64,000 bases of DNA from an uncultured virus (IMG/VR IMGVR_UViG_3300045955_000385) (lineage: Duplodnaviria > Heunggongvirae > Uroviricota > Caudoviricetes). Every line of letters begins with the position of its first letter. The stretch's first letter is position 1. Where the stretch lies: IMG/VR virus record IMGVR_UViG_3300045955_000385. One strand, written 5' to 3'. The notes under the pieces were generated by a model that saw nothing but the letters and a program-made list of their open reading frames with translations, did no database searches and was not told the DNA's origin. The translations under genes were made by a program, and so were the position numbers. This document shows positions 37,637 to 47,793 of this stretch, piece by piece.

Positions 37637-38603
37637 CCCTGGAAGACCTGATGGACTCTCTTGAGGACGCGCGCACGGACGAGACCCTGACGCGCAAGCA
37701 CATCGAGCGCTGTGTCCTCCTGGCGTACGAGATGGGCATGGAGGCGGGACGCCTGGAGATGGCCCGTCCGCTGGCGCAGGAGGAAGGCCGATGAGTTGGA
37801 TGGGAGCCTGGTGCTTGTGGAGTATCGCGTATGCCGAACTCGAATGGACCTCTCTTCATAAGTCGCGTGGACGGCGTGGCTGGAAAGCGCATTTGGAGGC
37901 GTATGCTCGCGCACGCGGCCTCGAGATCTGCGAACCGCAGGAGGTGCAGCGATGACCGAAGCGCAGGCCCAGAAGCTCCTGCGGTGGTTGGATCGGACGC
38001 ACCACTTGGAACGCCTCAGCGATAGCGCGCTGGGCGATCTGCTGACCGCAACGCTCTGGGCCTCGCTCCGTCTGGGGACGCCGGACAGCGATGCGTTGGC
38101 GGAAGCGATCGCGCGCCTCAAGGGAGAACGCCCCTCTGAGAGGGAGGACACGCCATGACCGACACCACCTGTCCCGTCTGCGGCGCCCATGACCTGGCCA
38201 GTCGTCCGCCCGGACTCACGGCAGATGGCGAGATCCACCGCGACATGACGTGCGAAGATTGTGCTGCCACCTGGATCCTGGTCTACCGCTTTGCGGAGAT
38301 CCGTTTCATCGAGAGCGCCCCACCCCAGGCCCCCGCCTGATGGCCCGCACCGCTGTCCGCGCCATCTACAAACGCCAGGGCCGCTGCCCCTGGTGCGGCA
38401 AAAAACTGGGCCAGGATGGCCCACAACACTGTGCGCGCTGTGGCGCCTGGAACCGCGCCTATCAGCGCCGGCGGTACGCCACGTTGCGCGAGGCTGGCCG
38501 CTGCGTGCAGTGCGCCAAAGCCGAGGCGGTGTCCCCGTACGTGCGCTGCGAGGCGTGTCGGACGTACATGCGGGAGTACCACCGGACGTATCAGCGCAGT
38601 TGA
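37633..38603 (+). other. Run of small coupled ORFs (37633-37794, 37791-37955, 37952-38158, 38155-38340, 38340-38603); the last two are Cys-rich
   Basis: ATGA/TGATG overlaps with SDs; CxxC motifs. Confidence 0.55.
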
Positions 38604-38782
38604 CAGGGACATTCCACGCGCAAGCAGCGCTCCAGAGGCACGCCGCCAGTCGCCGTGACGCCGTGTCCCAACCAGTTACTCCAATACACGCAACTCTGGG
38701 CCTCGCGCTCCTCCAGGGCGGCGACGAGCGGGCCCGTACAGCCGCCGGTGAGCAGGCACGCCAGGAGGAGCAAGGTGGGCAT
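38591..38782 (-). CDS. Small lipoprotein (possible outer spanin or lysis accessory)
   Basis: MPTLLLLACLLTGGC lipobox-like sequence at the end of the late operon. Confidence 0.45.
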   Translation of the reverse strand: MPTLLLLACLLTGGCTGPLVAALEEREAQSCVYWSNWLGHGVTATGGVPLERCLRVECPCQLR

Positions 38783-38783
38783 G

Positions 38784-38924
38784 CTAGCGGCCCAGGGGCA
38801 GCGCGCGCAGCAGCTCCATCACGGCCAGGACGAGGACCGCGGACCAGAGCGGCGCACGGTTCATGGCCGCAGCGACCGTGAGGGCCAGGGCGACAATGCC
38901 CATGAGCAACATGACGGTAAGCAC
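38784..38924 (-). CDS. Small two-TM protein (possible holin)
   Basis: Two hydrophobic helices; AGGAG SD before a GTG start. Confidence 0.4.
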   Translation of the reverse strand: MLTVMLLMGIVALALTVAAAMNRAPLWSAVLVLAVMELLRALPLGR

Positions 38925-38932
38925 AATATCTC

Positions 38933-41900
38933 CTACGCCTCCGCCTCGAGGGCCTGCACCCGCGCGCTGAGGGCCTCCACCTGCGCCAGCGTCTCTTGCA
39001 AGGCCCCCCACAGCCACGGCACCAGCTTACTCAGGTCTATTTGCTGGGGCTGGATACGCCCCTCCTCGTCCACCGCATCCACTTCGCCGCTGACGACGCC
39101 CTGCACCACGCCCTGCACCTCGTGCCCGACAAAGCCCACGCCGGGCGAGTCGTCAGCCCGCCAGCGCCAGGTGCGAGCCGGGATGGTGCGCAGCACGTCC
39201 AGGGCGCCGGTGAGGGGGGCGATAGCCGATTTGAGCCTGGCATCGGAGGTGGTATTAAAGGCCGTGGCTGTTTCAGAACTCGTAATGCTGCCGACGATCG
39301 TATTGGTGGTATTATGGCACAACAGGACGGTGACGGTGCTCGCCTGCGTCGAGCGTGTCCCCAGTGCTGCCCCAGAGGCCACGTCAATCTCGACCGAGAG
39401 CCAGTCCGGGATGTTTGAGGTATTGACGCCCACTTTGCCCGCAAAATAATTCGGCGCGGTGCCATCGGCAAAGATATTATACTTCTCCGTCCCACTCGCC
39501 ACCTGAGAGCGGATACCGTAGAGGCTAGAACCAGCGGCGTCTTCAATCCATATCCCCCCAACAGTAGATTGCACAGGCAGCCGGATTGTCCCCCCCGTAA
39601 TCGCCACCGCATTGGCGTTCTGCGTGGCCATGGTGCCGAGCGCATCGCCAAACTCCGTGGCATTCGCCGCCGCGTTGACGCGCAGCACTTTGCTGGCGTT
39701 GCCGGCGTAATCGTTGGGGGTATCGTTCAATCCCAGGAACGTCGTGGCAATCCCCAGGGTGCCCTGCGCGGCGGCCTGATCGGTGTCATCGAGGAGCGTG
39801 CGCGCAAAGGCCGTCAGGGGCGTATAGTCCAGCGCGGTCGCCCCGGCATTCACGGTGACGAGGTTCCCGCCCTGCCCCGTATACGCGGCTGGCGTGTCTG
39901 TCAGGCCCAGAAACGTCGTGGCCCCCATCTCGCCTGGCACCACGCTGCGTGTCCCTGCCAATGACAGCCCCAGGTCCGCCAGCGTGGCATCGGCACTGGC
40001 AGGCGCATGCACGGTGAGGATATCCCCCGCGGTAAAGCTCGTCGCACTCGCCATGGTGAACGTCGCCGTGGTGGCACTGGCAGCCCACTGCACACTGCCC
40101 ACGCTGGTGTTGTTTTTACGGATGTCCAGGGTCGTGGTCGCGGTGGCAGCCACAGCGGAGACGCCCCGTGAGCCCGTGAGTCCCGCCGGGAAGTCCACGC
40201 CACGTGGGAAGGGGTAGCGCAGCAGCACCTGTGAGGCAGGGAGCGTCTCGGCCCAGGTGAGCCCCAGGTCGTAAGAGCCTGTGGCCGCGGTGGTGAACTC
40301 CAGGCCCGTCGCCGTGCCGTTCACCACCACACCCTTCCCCGCCTGGCCGACATACGAGTCTGGCGTATCGCTCAGCCCCAAAAAATCACTACTGCCGCCC
40401 CCACCGCCAGGAATCTCCAGTGTCGCACGCATCGTGGCAGCATCTGGGTCATCGAGGAGCTGGCGCGCAAAACCGCTGAGCACGGTGGTTTGCGCCACGT
40501 CCACGCCAGTAAAGAAGGGGAGCAAGTCGGCGCCCGTCGTCAGGCCCGCCAGCGCCTGGAGGGTGGCGTCCTGCGCCTGCACCGTGGTGCCAGGGAGCAG
40601 CCCCAGCGTCGTCTGTGCGGCCGCCTGATCGGCGTCATCGAGGAACGTCCTGGCGTAGGGAGTCACGGTGAGCAGCGCGGCCGTATCCACCCCGGTAAAG
40701 AGGGGCACGGTATCGGCCGCCGTCGTCAGTCCCGCCAGCGCCGTCAGCGTCGCATCGAGCGGTTGAAAGCTGCCGCCCGGCGCGTCGACAAATTCCAGCC
40801 CGGTCGCGGTGCCATTCACCACCACGACTTTCCCGCTCTGGCCCGTATAGCTCGTCGGCGTATCGGTGAGTTCGGTAAAGGCGATGGTCGGTTCCCCGCT
40901 CTCGGCAATCCCCAGCGTGGCGCGGGCTGACGCCGCATCCGGGTCATCTAAGAGCCCGCGCATAAACGCCGTCAGCGTCGTGAGCGAGGCGGTGTCCGTG
41001 CCGGTAAAAAACGGCAGTTGATTGGCCCCGGTGGTGAGGCTTGCCAGGGCCGTGAGGGTGGCGTCCTGCGCCTGCACATCCGTGCCAGGGGTGAGCCCAA
41101 GCGTGGTGCGCGCCTGCGCCTGCGTGGCATCGTCCAGGAGCGTGCGCATATAGGCCGACAGGGTGGTCTGCGCCGCCGTGTCGGTGCCGGTAAAGTAGGG
41201 CAGGGTATCGGCCCCCGTGGCGAGCCCGGCCAGCGCGGTCAGTGTTGCATCGAGGGGCTGCGCGTTCGTCACCGTGGCATTGAGGACACCGCCCACGAGA
41301 CTCATGTTAGCGCCCAGGGTCAGCTCTTCGATATCACCCGCACCGGCCGTGGAGCGTCCCAGTACCCGTTGGGGTTGCACATTCTGAATCTTGTTATAGG
41401 CCACACTATCGACGACAAGCGCCAGTTTCGCCTGCCCGGCGGTGGCGAAATCCCAGGCAATCTCTGGCGTGTTGGTCGCCACCCGGTCGTCCGTGAGCAG
41501 GCTGTGGCCGGCAGCGACCAGGTAACTGGCCTCCGGTGGCGCCGCCGGTTCCGGGACAAAGTTGCGGATAAAGCGCACGATAATGACGACATTATTGGCG
41601 AGCGTTCCCGCGCCCAGTTCCCAGGTGATGGGCAGCGTGGCGTAGGTGCCCTGATCCACTGCCGGTCCCGTCAGGAGATAGCGCAGGGTGATGTTCGCGT
41701 CATTGAAATCCTGGATGGTCAGTTCATCGTCCGTCTCCAGCGCCAGAATGACGTTACGGCTATCGACGCCGGTATCGCTCAGATAGGCCAGGCGTACCTC
41801 GGTGGCAGCACTGTAGGTGGCGTTGTTGACGCCGAGGATGCCGGTGTTTGGGGCACCGCTCAGTGTCGTGGTCCAGCGCCAGTTGCTCGTGGCCGACTCA

Positions 41901-42295
41901 GAGCCGCCCCCACCGCCGCCGACGCCGCCAGCCACGGGATAGACATTGCTTGCGTCACAGTAGAGGAGGGTGCGCTCGCCCTGTTTCACCGCCAGACCGC
42001 TGCCCGTTGGCGGAGCAAGCGTCACGGTAAACGCCCCGGTGGTGCGGTTATCGGCAATGTAGACGCGGCTTTCCGCCGGCACGGTGACGGTCACGTTGGC
42101 CGTCAGGGCGCCCGTGAAAATGAGCACAAAGTGGCGCGCTTCGGTGGGCGTGAGCGTGCGGTTGCCAGTCAGCGGCAGCGTGATGGTGCCAGAGATGCCC
42201 TGTTCCAGATTGGTGAAGGCATCATTTGAAAGAGTCTCTTTCGAAACACTCCCTATGTCGATAAACTCTATATCTCGAAAGGTGCTGTACGGCAT
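38933..42295 (-). CDS. Tail fibre with internal repeats and C-terminal intramolecular chaperone (peptidase S74-like)
   Basis: Four DATLxALAxL..FTG.D..LLDD repeats, four F.xL.DTP.xY.G..G..V.VN repeats, and NTTSDARLKSAI...GFVGHEVQ...LVPWLWGALQE. Confidence 0.88.
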   Translation of the reverse strand: MPYSTFRDIEFIDIGSVSKETLSNDAFTNLEQGISGTITLPLTGNRTLTPTEARHFVLIFTGALTANVTVTVPAESRVYIADNRTTGAFTVTLAPPTGSGLAVKQGERTLLYCDASNVYPVAGGVGGGGGGSESATSNWRWTTTLSGAPNTGILGVNNATYSAATEVRLAYLSDTGVDSRNVILALETDDELTIQDFNDANITLRYLLTGPAVDQGTYATLPITWELGAGTLANNVVIIVRFIRNFVPEPAAPPEASYLVAAGHSLLTDDRVATNTPEIAWDFATAGQAKLALVVDSVAYNKIQNVQPQRVLGRSTAGAGDIEELTLGANMSLVGGVLNATVTNAQPLDATLTALAGLATGADTLPYFTGTDTAAQTTLSAYMRTLLDDATQAQARTTLGLTPGTDVQAQDATLTALASLTTGANQLPFFTGTDTASLTTLTAFMRGLLDDPDAASARATLGIAESGEPTIAFTELTDTPTSYTGQSGKVVVVNGTATGLEFVDAPGGSFQPLDATLTALAGLTTAADTVPLFTGVDTAALLTVTPYARTFLDDADQAAAQTTLGLLPGTTVQAQDATLQALAGLTTGADLLPFFTGVDVAQTTVLSGFARQLLDDPDAATMRATLEIPGGGGGSSDFLGLSDTPDSYVGQAGKGVVVNGTATGLEFTTAATGSYDLGLTWAETLPASQVLLRYPFPRGVDFPAGLTGSRGVSAVAATATTTLDIRKNNTSVGSVQWAASATTATFTMASATSFTAGDILTVHAPASADATLADLGLSLAGTRSVVPGEMGATTFLGLTDTPAAYTGQGGNLVTVNAGATALDYTPLTAFARTLLDDTDQAAAQGTLGIATTFLGLNDTPNDYAGNASKVLRVNAAANATEFGDALGTMATQNANAVAITGGTIRLPVQSTVGGIWIEDAAGSSLYGIRSQVASGTEKYNIFADGTAPNYFAGKVGVNTSNIPDWLSVEIDVASGAALGTRSTQASTVTVLLCHNTTNTIVGSITSSETATAFNTTSDARLKSAIAPLTGALDVLRTIPARTWRWRADDSPGVGFVGHEVQGVVQGVVSGEVDAVDEEGRIQPQQIDLSKLVPWLWGALQETLAQVEALSARVQALEAEA

Positions 42296-42304
42296 ACCTC
42301 TCTC

Positions 42305-42475
42305 CTACGCCATCACCTGCACATGCGGCTGCGGCGCCATCTGTGGCAGTGGCTCCTCAGGGCCGTTCACCCGCAACACTTCGAGCACCACCTGTGCGAG
42401 CTCTGCGGGGACCTGCGTGCCAGTCCGCAGGACCTCCAGCACCACCTGTGCGAGTTGGGCTTCTGTCTCAGCCAT
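42305..42475 (-). CDS. 56-aa peptide with two LAQVVLEVLR repeats (not in the ORF track)
   Basis: Hand translation: MAETEAQLAQVVLEVLRTGTQVPAELAQVVLEVLRVNG...; TGATG overlap with the upstream gene. Confidence 0.6.
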   Translation of the reverse strand: MAETEAQLAQVVLEVLRTGTQVPAELAQVVLEVLRVNGPEEPLPQMAPQPHVQVMA

Positions 42476-43476
42476 CAGACCACCTCGGCACCGACCTGGA
42501 GGTTGTTCACCGCGCCCTCATTCCAGAGCCCGCCGGTGGCAGGATCAATCGCCTGCACCTGGAGCAGATACAGTTGCCCGGTGCTGAGTGCGGTATCGGC
42601 GCTGCCCATTTCCGAGGCCCCCGAACGGATCACGCCCTTGATACTGCGTGCCCCGGCATCCGACTTCTGCACCGCCAGTCCGAGTTGCACGCCATAGATC
42701 GTGCCGGTCTGCACCGTGAGATCCTGCATGCCAAAGAGTTCGCGATGCGTCGGGGTAACACTGCTCACGTAATCCGTCGTAGTGGGCGCGGTCTCATCCA
42801 CGAGTGTGTAATGCGTGCCAGGCGTTGATGGCGTCCACTGCTGCGTACTGCCCTCGGCATTGGGCAGGAGGGTATCCACGCGGCAGTCGCCCAGGAAATC
42901 ATTGTAGGGCGCCCCCCCAGTCCCATCGCAGAGATAGAGGTCGTCATAATCCAGCACACTCCCATGCCCCGCCAGGCTGAGCCCATTGGCAGAGGCATTG
43001 GCCGTCGCCTGCGTATCGGTCCCCGCCGCAAGAGTGAGGCATTCCGTGCCATTGGCGCGCAGCACGCACGTATTGGCCAAAATACTGTTGGCAATCGTGA
43101 CTTTCCACTCCACGTAGTAATACACGTTTGGTGCAAAGGCCACCGAGGAACTGCCGAGAATCGTCGAGCCACCACGCCGTATATAGAGCTTCGAATCACT
43201 GCTAAAGACCAGGTCAATCTGCTTTGCGCCGCCGTCCGTCAACGTGATCACCGGGATAAAGGCATTCGTCTGCCCCCACCGGCCGGCCCAGCCAAGGATC
43301 CAGGTGGGTTGATTATCCAGCGTGAGCATCGTGTCGGTGCCACCAGGATGCCGCAAACACGCCGTAGCGCGCCGGCCATTGCCCGCACTAATGGTGGCGC
43401 CTCCTGCCGCGGTCCATTTCTTGCCGATATCCGCCGTCGCGCAGTGATCAAACCCATCCATGAACCTGAGCGCCAT
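42475..43476 (-). CDS. Virion tail-associated beta-sandwich protein, paralog A
   Basis: MALRFMDGFDH...YYYVEWK...YDDLYLCD...FLGDCRVDTLLPNA; clearly homologous to 48558-49574. Confidence 0.65.
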   Translation of the reverse strand: MALRFMDGFDHCATADIGKKWTAAGGATISAGNGRRATACLRHPGGTDTMLTLDNQPTWILGWAGRWGQTNAFIPVITLTDGGAKQIDLVFSSDSKLYIRRGGSTILGSSSVAFAPNVYYYVEWKVTIANSILANTCVLRANGTECLTLAAGTDTQATANASANGLSLAGHGSVLDYDDLYLCDGTGGAPYNDFLGDCRVDTLLPNAEGSTQQWTPSTPGTHYTLVDETAPTTTDYVSSVTPTHRELFGMQDLTVQTGTIYGVQLGLAVQKSDAGARSIKGVIRSGASEMGSADTALSTGQLYLLQVQAIDPATGGLWNEGAVNNLQVGAEVV

Positions 43477-43484
43477 CGTCCCTC

Positions 43485-45866
43485 CTACGCCGCTGCCGGC
43501 CGCGACACATCGTTGCGCCCCACCTGATAGACCTGCGCATACAGCACGCTTTGTGCCCCGCCAAAATCCGCGCTCTGTTGGGCCAACGTATACACGTACC
43601 CCTGCCTGGCCTGATAGTCCCCACTGTCGCCCTGGTCCACCTGTCTGACGATGGTCGCCTGCGTGGCGTCACTATAGATCACCACGCGGTACGTGAGAAA
43701 ATCCGGGTCCGGTGTCGCCTGCGAGCCGTCGACCCACGCCCCCGTAAAGCGTGCCCGCCCTCGCCAACTGATGAGCCAGTCCGTCCCGCTCTGTTCCAGC
43801 CGCAACGTCGCCACCGACCAGGGGCGTAAATTCTCCATGGTCGGCGCATAGTCAAACGACGTTACCTGGCTGATGTCGAGCCCGCGGGTCACCGCCTTCC
43901 AGGGCCTGACCACATACCGATCGCCCAGCCCTTGCTCGAAGCGGTAGACCGCCTGATCAATCCAGGCAAACCTCTCCCCCGCCACATGCGTGCCTGTCGC
44001 CCACTCGGTGCCCCGCCGCCCGCGCCACAGATGTCGCAGCAGATACGTCTGCTCGTCAATCAAGACCGCATCACGAAACGCGATGAGTTCTGAGCCCAGC
44101 ATGGCCAGATTCGCCCCCGCCTGAAACGCCGCCGGCGTCACACTCACCAGCTCTCCAAAGCTGAGCTTCACCTGCACCGTGGACGTGGTATCGGTGAGAT
44201 GCGCCGGGGCATCCGGGAGTACCGTCAACGCTTCCCCGCTATACGCTTCGAGCGTGCCAATATGCAGCACCTGGTAGGAATCCCCGCCGTCGACCGAGCG
44301 GTGCAGGGTGGCTCCGGGCCAGCTCTCCGGTTGCGTCGAGCTATAGATGACATACGCCCTGGGCGCCTGGTCCTGCGCGTCCATCGCTGGCAGTTCGAGG
44401 AAGACAGCCGTCGTGTGCTCCAGGTACAGGAGTATCTGGTCCGTCGAAATCCCTTCCGCCGCCGCCGCCCCCTCGACAAACACCACCGGCGCGCTATCGG
44501 CCCGCGCCTTACAGGTGAGCAGCCCAGGACGGCCGTAGCCCAGCTCACTGAGCGTCATGGTGTACACGGCGCCGCGGCTCTCGACCGCCAGACGATCGCC
44601 CGGCTCCAGTGCGGCCCAGCGCCGACCCAGCACGAAATCGTAGCCGGTGCGCTCAATCCAGAGTCGATCGAGCGTTTCCTGCGCTAACGCTTTGGCGTCG
44701 GCGTCCTCCATGGCCAGCGACGTGGACACCGCGCGCGGTTGCTCCACCGTCTCCAGCGTCCCCAGGGTCGCCACCTGCGTCGAGGCCTGATAGCTTCGGC
44801 GCGGCGCCGTGTAGGCCACGCTGAGCTGCGTCGGCAACAGGCGGCTACGTTCACGCGCAATCGCCAGACCCCGTTTCTCGCTGCCCTCCCGCTCGGCGGC
44901 ATCGAGATCGCCAGCCGGCACCTGCGCCACGACACCGCCCGAGCCCACCCGCCGGGCGACAATCTGAAACCCGCTTTCCAGGAGAAAAAAGCGGTACGCC
45001 ACGGTGAGCGATTCGAGCGTCGCCCGCACCGCCTGCACCGACATAATCCCCAGGCGTACCCGCAGATCGGGGAGATCAGCGATATCCAGCGCCGCCTCCG
45101 GGAGCCCCGCCCCCACTGCTAACGTCTCAACCACCTGCGGCAGTGGCGTGCCCGCCCCGTCCCCCTGATACACCTCGAAGGTAAAATTGGGCAGACGGGG
45201 ATAGGACCCCATATCGTAATCGTTCATGACCACGTAGCACGTATAGATATAGCCCGGAATTTGCTCGATGCCGCCAAAAAAGGCCCGAATAACCGGATCG
45301 GGGAGCTGATCGCCGGTGCCCCGATAAAAGGTCCAGTTGCTGGGCCAGGGCCCCTGGTCACTGGCATAGATCGCCGTCCCATCCGCCCAGGCAAAGCGGA
45401 TACCGTCCATCGGCCCCGTCAGCAACGTATCACACAGGGCAATAGCCACGTCGACGCTATACGTATAGGTAATGGAGACCCGCTTCGGACCACCCTTGCC
45501 GCCTTGCTCCTGGCGGTGCGCGTTGCGCTTCTTAAAGCTGATCCAGATAATGTTCCCGGCTAAGCGCCAGGCGCCAAACACCTGCGCCACCGGTTGCCCG
45601 TAGGCACTCGTCTGGATCTGCATCCCGGCCACCGATTCCTGACGGTTCACCACGTCAGGCGCGGTCATGAAATCGACCAGCCCGCCGATGGTGCCGCCAA
45701 CGGCCGCCCCGAGCATGGCGCCTTTCATGACCAGCGCCAGAGAAATCGGCGTCCCCGCTCCGGCCGTGGCGATGGCAAAGGCCGCCCCCAGGGCAATGCC
45801 GGCAATAGTGCCGATGGTGGACCCACTCAGGGAGCCTCTCTGGCTGCTCATGATGGCCTGTGGCAC
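43485..45866 (-). CDS. Tail tip/host-specificity protein (Phage-tail_3, GTA-like)
   Basis: TSAYGQPVAQVFG.WRLAGNIIW, RLPNFTFEV, ALEPGD, GANLAMLGSELIAF, LWRGRRGTE. Confidence 0.85.
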   Translation of the reverse strand: MPQAIMSSQRGSLSGSTIGTIAGIALGAAFAIATAGAGTPISLALVMKGAMLGAAVGGTIGGLVDFMTAPDVVNRQESVAGMQIQTSAYGQPVAQVFGAWRLAGNIIWISFKKRNAHRQEQGGKGGPKRVSITYTYSVDVAIALCDTLLTGPMDGIRFAWADGTAIYASDQGPWPSNWTFYRGTGDQLPDPVIRAFFGGIEQIPGYIYTCYVVMNDYDMGSYPRLPNFTFEVYQGDGAGTPLPQVVETLAVGAGLPEAALDIADLPDLRVRLGIMSVQAVRATLESLTVAYRFFLLESGFQIVARRVGSGGVVAQVPAGDLDAAEREGSEKRGLAIARERSRLLPTQLSVAYTAPRRSYQASTQVATLGTLETVEQPRAVSTSLAMEDADAKALAQETLDRLWIERTGYDFVLGRRWAALEPGDRLAVESRGAVYTMTLSELGYGRPGLLTCKARADSAPVVFVEGAAAAEGISTDQILLYLEHTTAVFLELPAMDAQDQAPRAYVIYSSTQPESWPGATLHRSVDGGDSYQVLHIGTLEAYSGEALTVLPDAPAHLTDTTSTVQVKLSFGELVSVTPAAFQAGANLAMLGSELIAFRDAVLIDEQTYLLRHLWRGRRGTEWATGTHVAGERFAWIDQAVYRFEQGLGDRYVVRPWKAVTRGLDISQVTSFDYAPTMENLRPWSVATLRLEQSGTDWLISWRGRARFTGAWVDGSQATPDPDFLTYRVVIYSDATQATIVRQVDQGDSGDYQARQGYVYTLAQQSADFGGAQSVLYAQVYQVGRNDVSRPAAA

Positions 45867-45869
45867 GTC

Positions 45870-46304
45870 TTACTCCTCGGCATAGGGGAAGGCCCAGGCG
45901 CGGTCGTGCAAGGCCAGCAGCGCGCCCCTGAGCGGGTCTCTGACGACCCCACGGTCCACCAGGGCGTGCACCACGTCACCTCCCGCAAGGAGGAAGGCCG
46001 CGTGGCTCACGGTGAGGCCGACCCGGAAGGTCAGCACATCCCCTGGCTGCTTCGCTTCCCAGGCCACCGGTGTGCAGCCACAACCCTCCAGGATGCGGCT
46101 CATGAGATCGTCGCGCTGGTGCCAGTGGCGTGTGGGATGATAGGTCTCACAGTGCCAGTGCGGGGGGAGCACACCGACCGCTTTCGCTACCCCGATAATG
46201 AACTGCCCACAGTCCACGCCGATCCCCTTCAGGCATGCTTGCGCATGGTAGGGCGTGCGCAGCCACGTCTGGGCTTCCTGGAGAATCATCTCGCGTAAGG
46301 TCAT
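45870..46304 (-). CDS. NlpC/P60 tail-associated peptidase
   Basis: AQTWLRTPYHAQ...GVDCGQF...PGDVLTF...HAAF...VHA. Confidence 0.88.
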   Translation of the reverse strand: MTLREMILQEAQTWLRTPYHAQACLKGIGVDCGQFIIGVAKAVGVLPPHWHCETYHPTRHWHQRDDLMSRILEGCGCTPVAWEAKQPGDVLTFRVGLTVSHAAFLLAGGDVVHALVDRGVVRDPLRGALLALHDRAWAFPYAEE

Positions 46305-47182
46305 GACACATCCGCTTGATTTGCTGGCTGTTGGAGCGGATTATATAAAACTTGATCCATACCTGGAAGGTGGGGATACCCACCGTAGCGCGGCGCGTTA
46401 CTAAACACGTTGATACACGTCGCGTAGGTTTTATCGTCGCCATGCACCGCGCTGTAGGTGTCGCCCGCTGCGACTGGGTACGGCAGTGGCCGGTGCAAGG
46501 TAAAGGTCGGCGGATGCCAGGTGCGCACATCCATGCGCCGCCCACTGTTGGCCCCACTGGTCATGGTCATGACGCCCTCGCTAAAAAACCCGTCCGCTTC
46601 CCCCTGGCCGGTATCATCGAACGTATAGCGGGCATCTGCTCCCACTGCCGTGACCGTGCCGGTGCGTGTCCATGGCCCCAGATCGACGCCGCAGCGGCTA
46701 TCGCCCAGGCGCCACGGACAGCCCGGCATATAGAGGCGCCCGATACTCGTATCGAGTTGCTCCAGCAGCCCGTGCAGTTGCGCGCTAAAGCGTCCGTCCT
46801 GGCGCTGGGTGGCGCCGAGGCGGCCATGACTCAGGATGTTGCACGTGTCGGGGCTGAGTGTCTCCGGTGGAACATCCCACGGCGCTTCAAAGACGGTCAC
46901 CTGCGCCTCGTCCCACAGGCCGGCTTCCATCTCGGCTTCGGTGCTTGCCAGTAAAAAGGCGCTGACGTCCAGGCTCCCTGGCTGCAGATCGGCGGTCTGC
47001 TGCGTCGCGGTGGCGCCCAGCCCGAGTGCGGCGCGGTAGAGGAGGCCGTCAATCGTTACGTCCTGGTCATGGTCAATAAAGCCAAACACCTGCGCGTCAC
47101 TGCGCACCACTTTCCAAAAGGTCGCCAGGCGCGTCACGGCTTGCGCGTAATGGGTGCGTAAGGTCGTGTTCCAGGGTTTCAT
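46301..47182 (-). CDS. Baseplate hub protein (DUF2163/BR0599-like)
   Basis: FGFIDHDQDV, GLWDEA, CPWRLGDSRCGVDL, GDDKTYATC..FSN...YGGYPHLPG. Confidence 0.88.
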   Translation of the reverse strand: MKPWNTTLRTHYAQAVTRLATFWKVVRSDAQVFGFIDHDQDVTIDGLLYRAALGLGATATQQTADLQPGSLDVSAFLLASTEAEMEAGLWDEAQVTVFEAPWDVPPETLSPDTCNILSHGRLGATQRQDGRFSAQLHGLLEQLDTSIGRLYMPGCPWRLGDSRCGVDLGPWTRTGTVTAVGADARYTFDDTGQGEADGFFSEGVMTMTSGANSGRRMDVRTWHPPTFTLHRPLPYPVAAGDTYSAVHGDDKTYATCINVFSNAPRYGGYPHLPGMDQVLYNPLQQPANQADVS

Positions 47183-47787
47183 GGCTCGTCCTCCAGCCTC
47201 ACTTCGACCAGTTCGATGCGCTCCAGGCTATACACGGCCGGGGCGACACGGGTGATGGGCAACACCTCAGTGGCAAAGCGCGTTGGTACCTCAAAGGTCC
47301 CACTGGCCTCGACGACCTCCCCGACGGCTGGCGGCGTCCACAGGGTCATCTGTCCGGTGAAAAAATCTGGGTCATAGTCCTCCCGCACCACCCCGGCAAC
47401 GCGGACCTGGAGCGATCCGGCCATCGGTTTTTTGACGGGGCGTGTCACACTTCTGGCGCCATAGGTGTAGACCTTGACCAGTTGAAACGTCGTCGTCGTG
47501 CCATCGCCCACCCCGATAGCATTGTCGAAGGCATCGTCGGTAAAATCCCGGAACCGAAAACTGTGCAGCGTGCCCTGGGCGACGGCGTGAAAGAAATGCA
47601 GCAGTGCCTCGATCTCCGCCTGCGTGCGATGTTGCGAGCCCACATCCCACCGACACAGCGGTTCATGCCAATTCTGGTTGCGGCTTTCCTCGCCCCCCGC
47701 ACACACGACGATATCCGTGTGGTAGACGGGCCCACCGCTGGCCCCGAAAGACAAGACGGTCGGAAAAGACGGTGCCTCGATAAACAT
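47179..47787 (-). CDS. Distal tail protein (DUF2460-like), copy 1
   Basis: FPTVLSFGASGGP...GGEESRNQNW...FRFRDFTD...FQLVKVY...FEVPTRF. Confidence 0.88.
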   Translation of the reverse strand: MFIEAPSFPTVLSFGASGGPVYHTDIVVCAGGEESRNQNWHEPLCRWDVGSQHRTQAEIEALLHFFHAVAQGTLHSFRFRDFTDDAFDNAIGVGDGTTTTFQLVKVYTYGARSVTRPVKKPMAGSLQVRVAGVVREDYDPDFFTGQMTLWTPPAVGEVVEASGTFEVPTRFATEVLPITRVAPAVYSLERIELVEVRLEDEP

Positions 47788-47793
47788 GGGTCC

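Noticed and set aside
38933..42295. Diversity-generating retroelement acting on the tail fibre
   Set aside because: No reverse transcriptase and no TR/VR pair with adenine-specific mismatches. The repeats are ordinary protein repeats.
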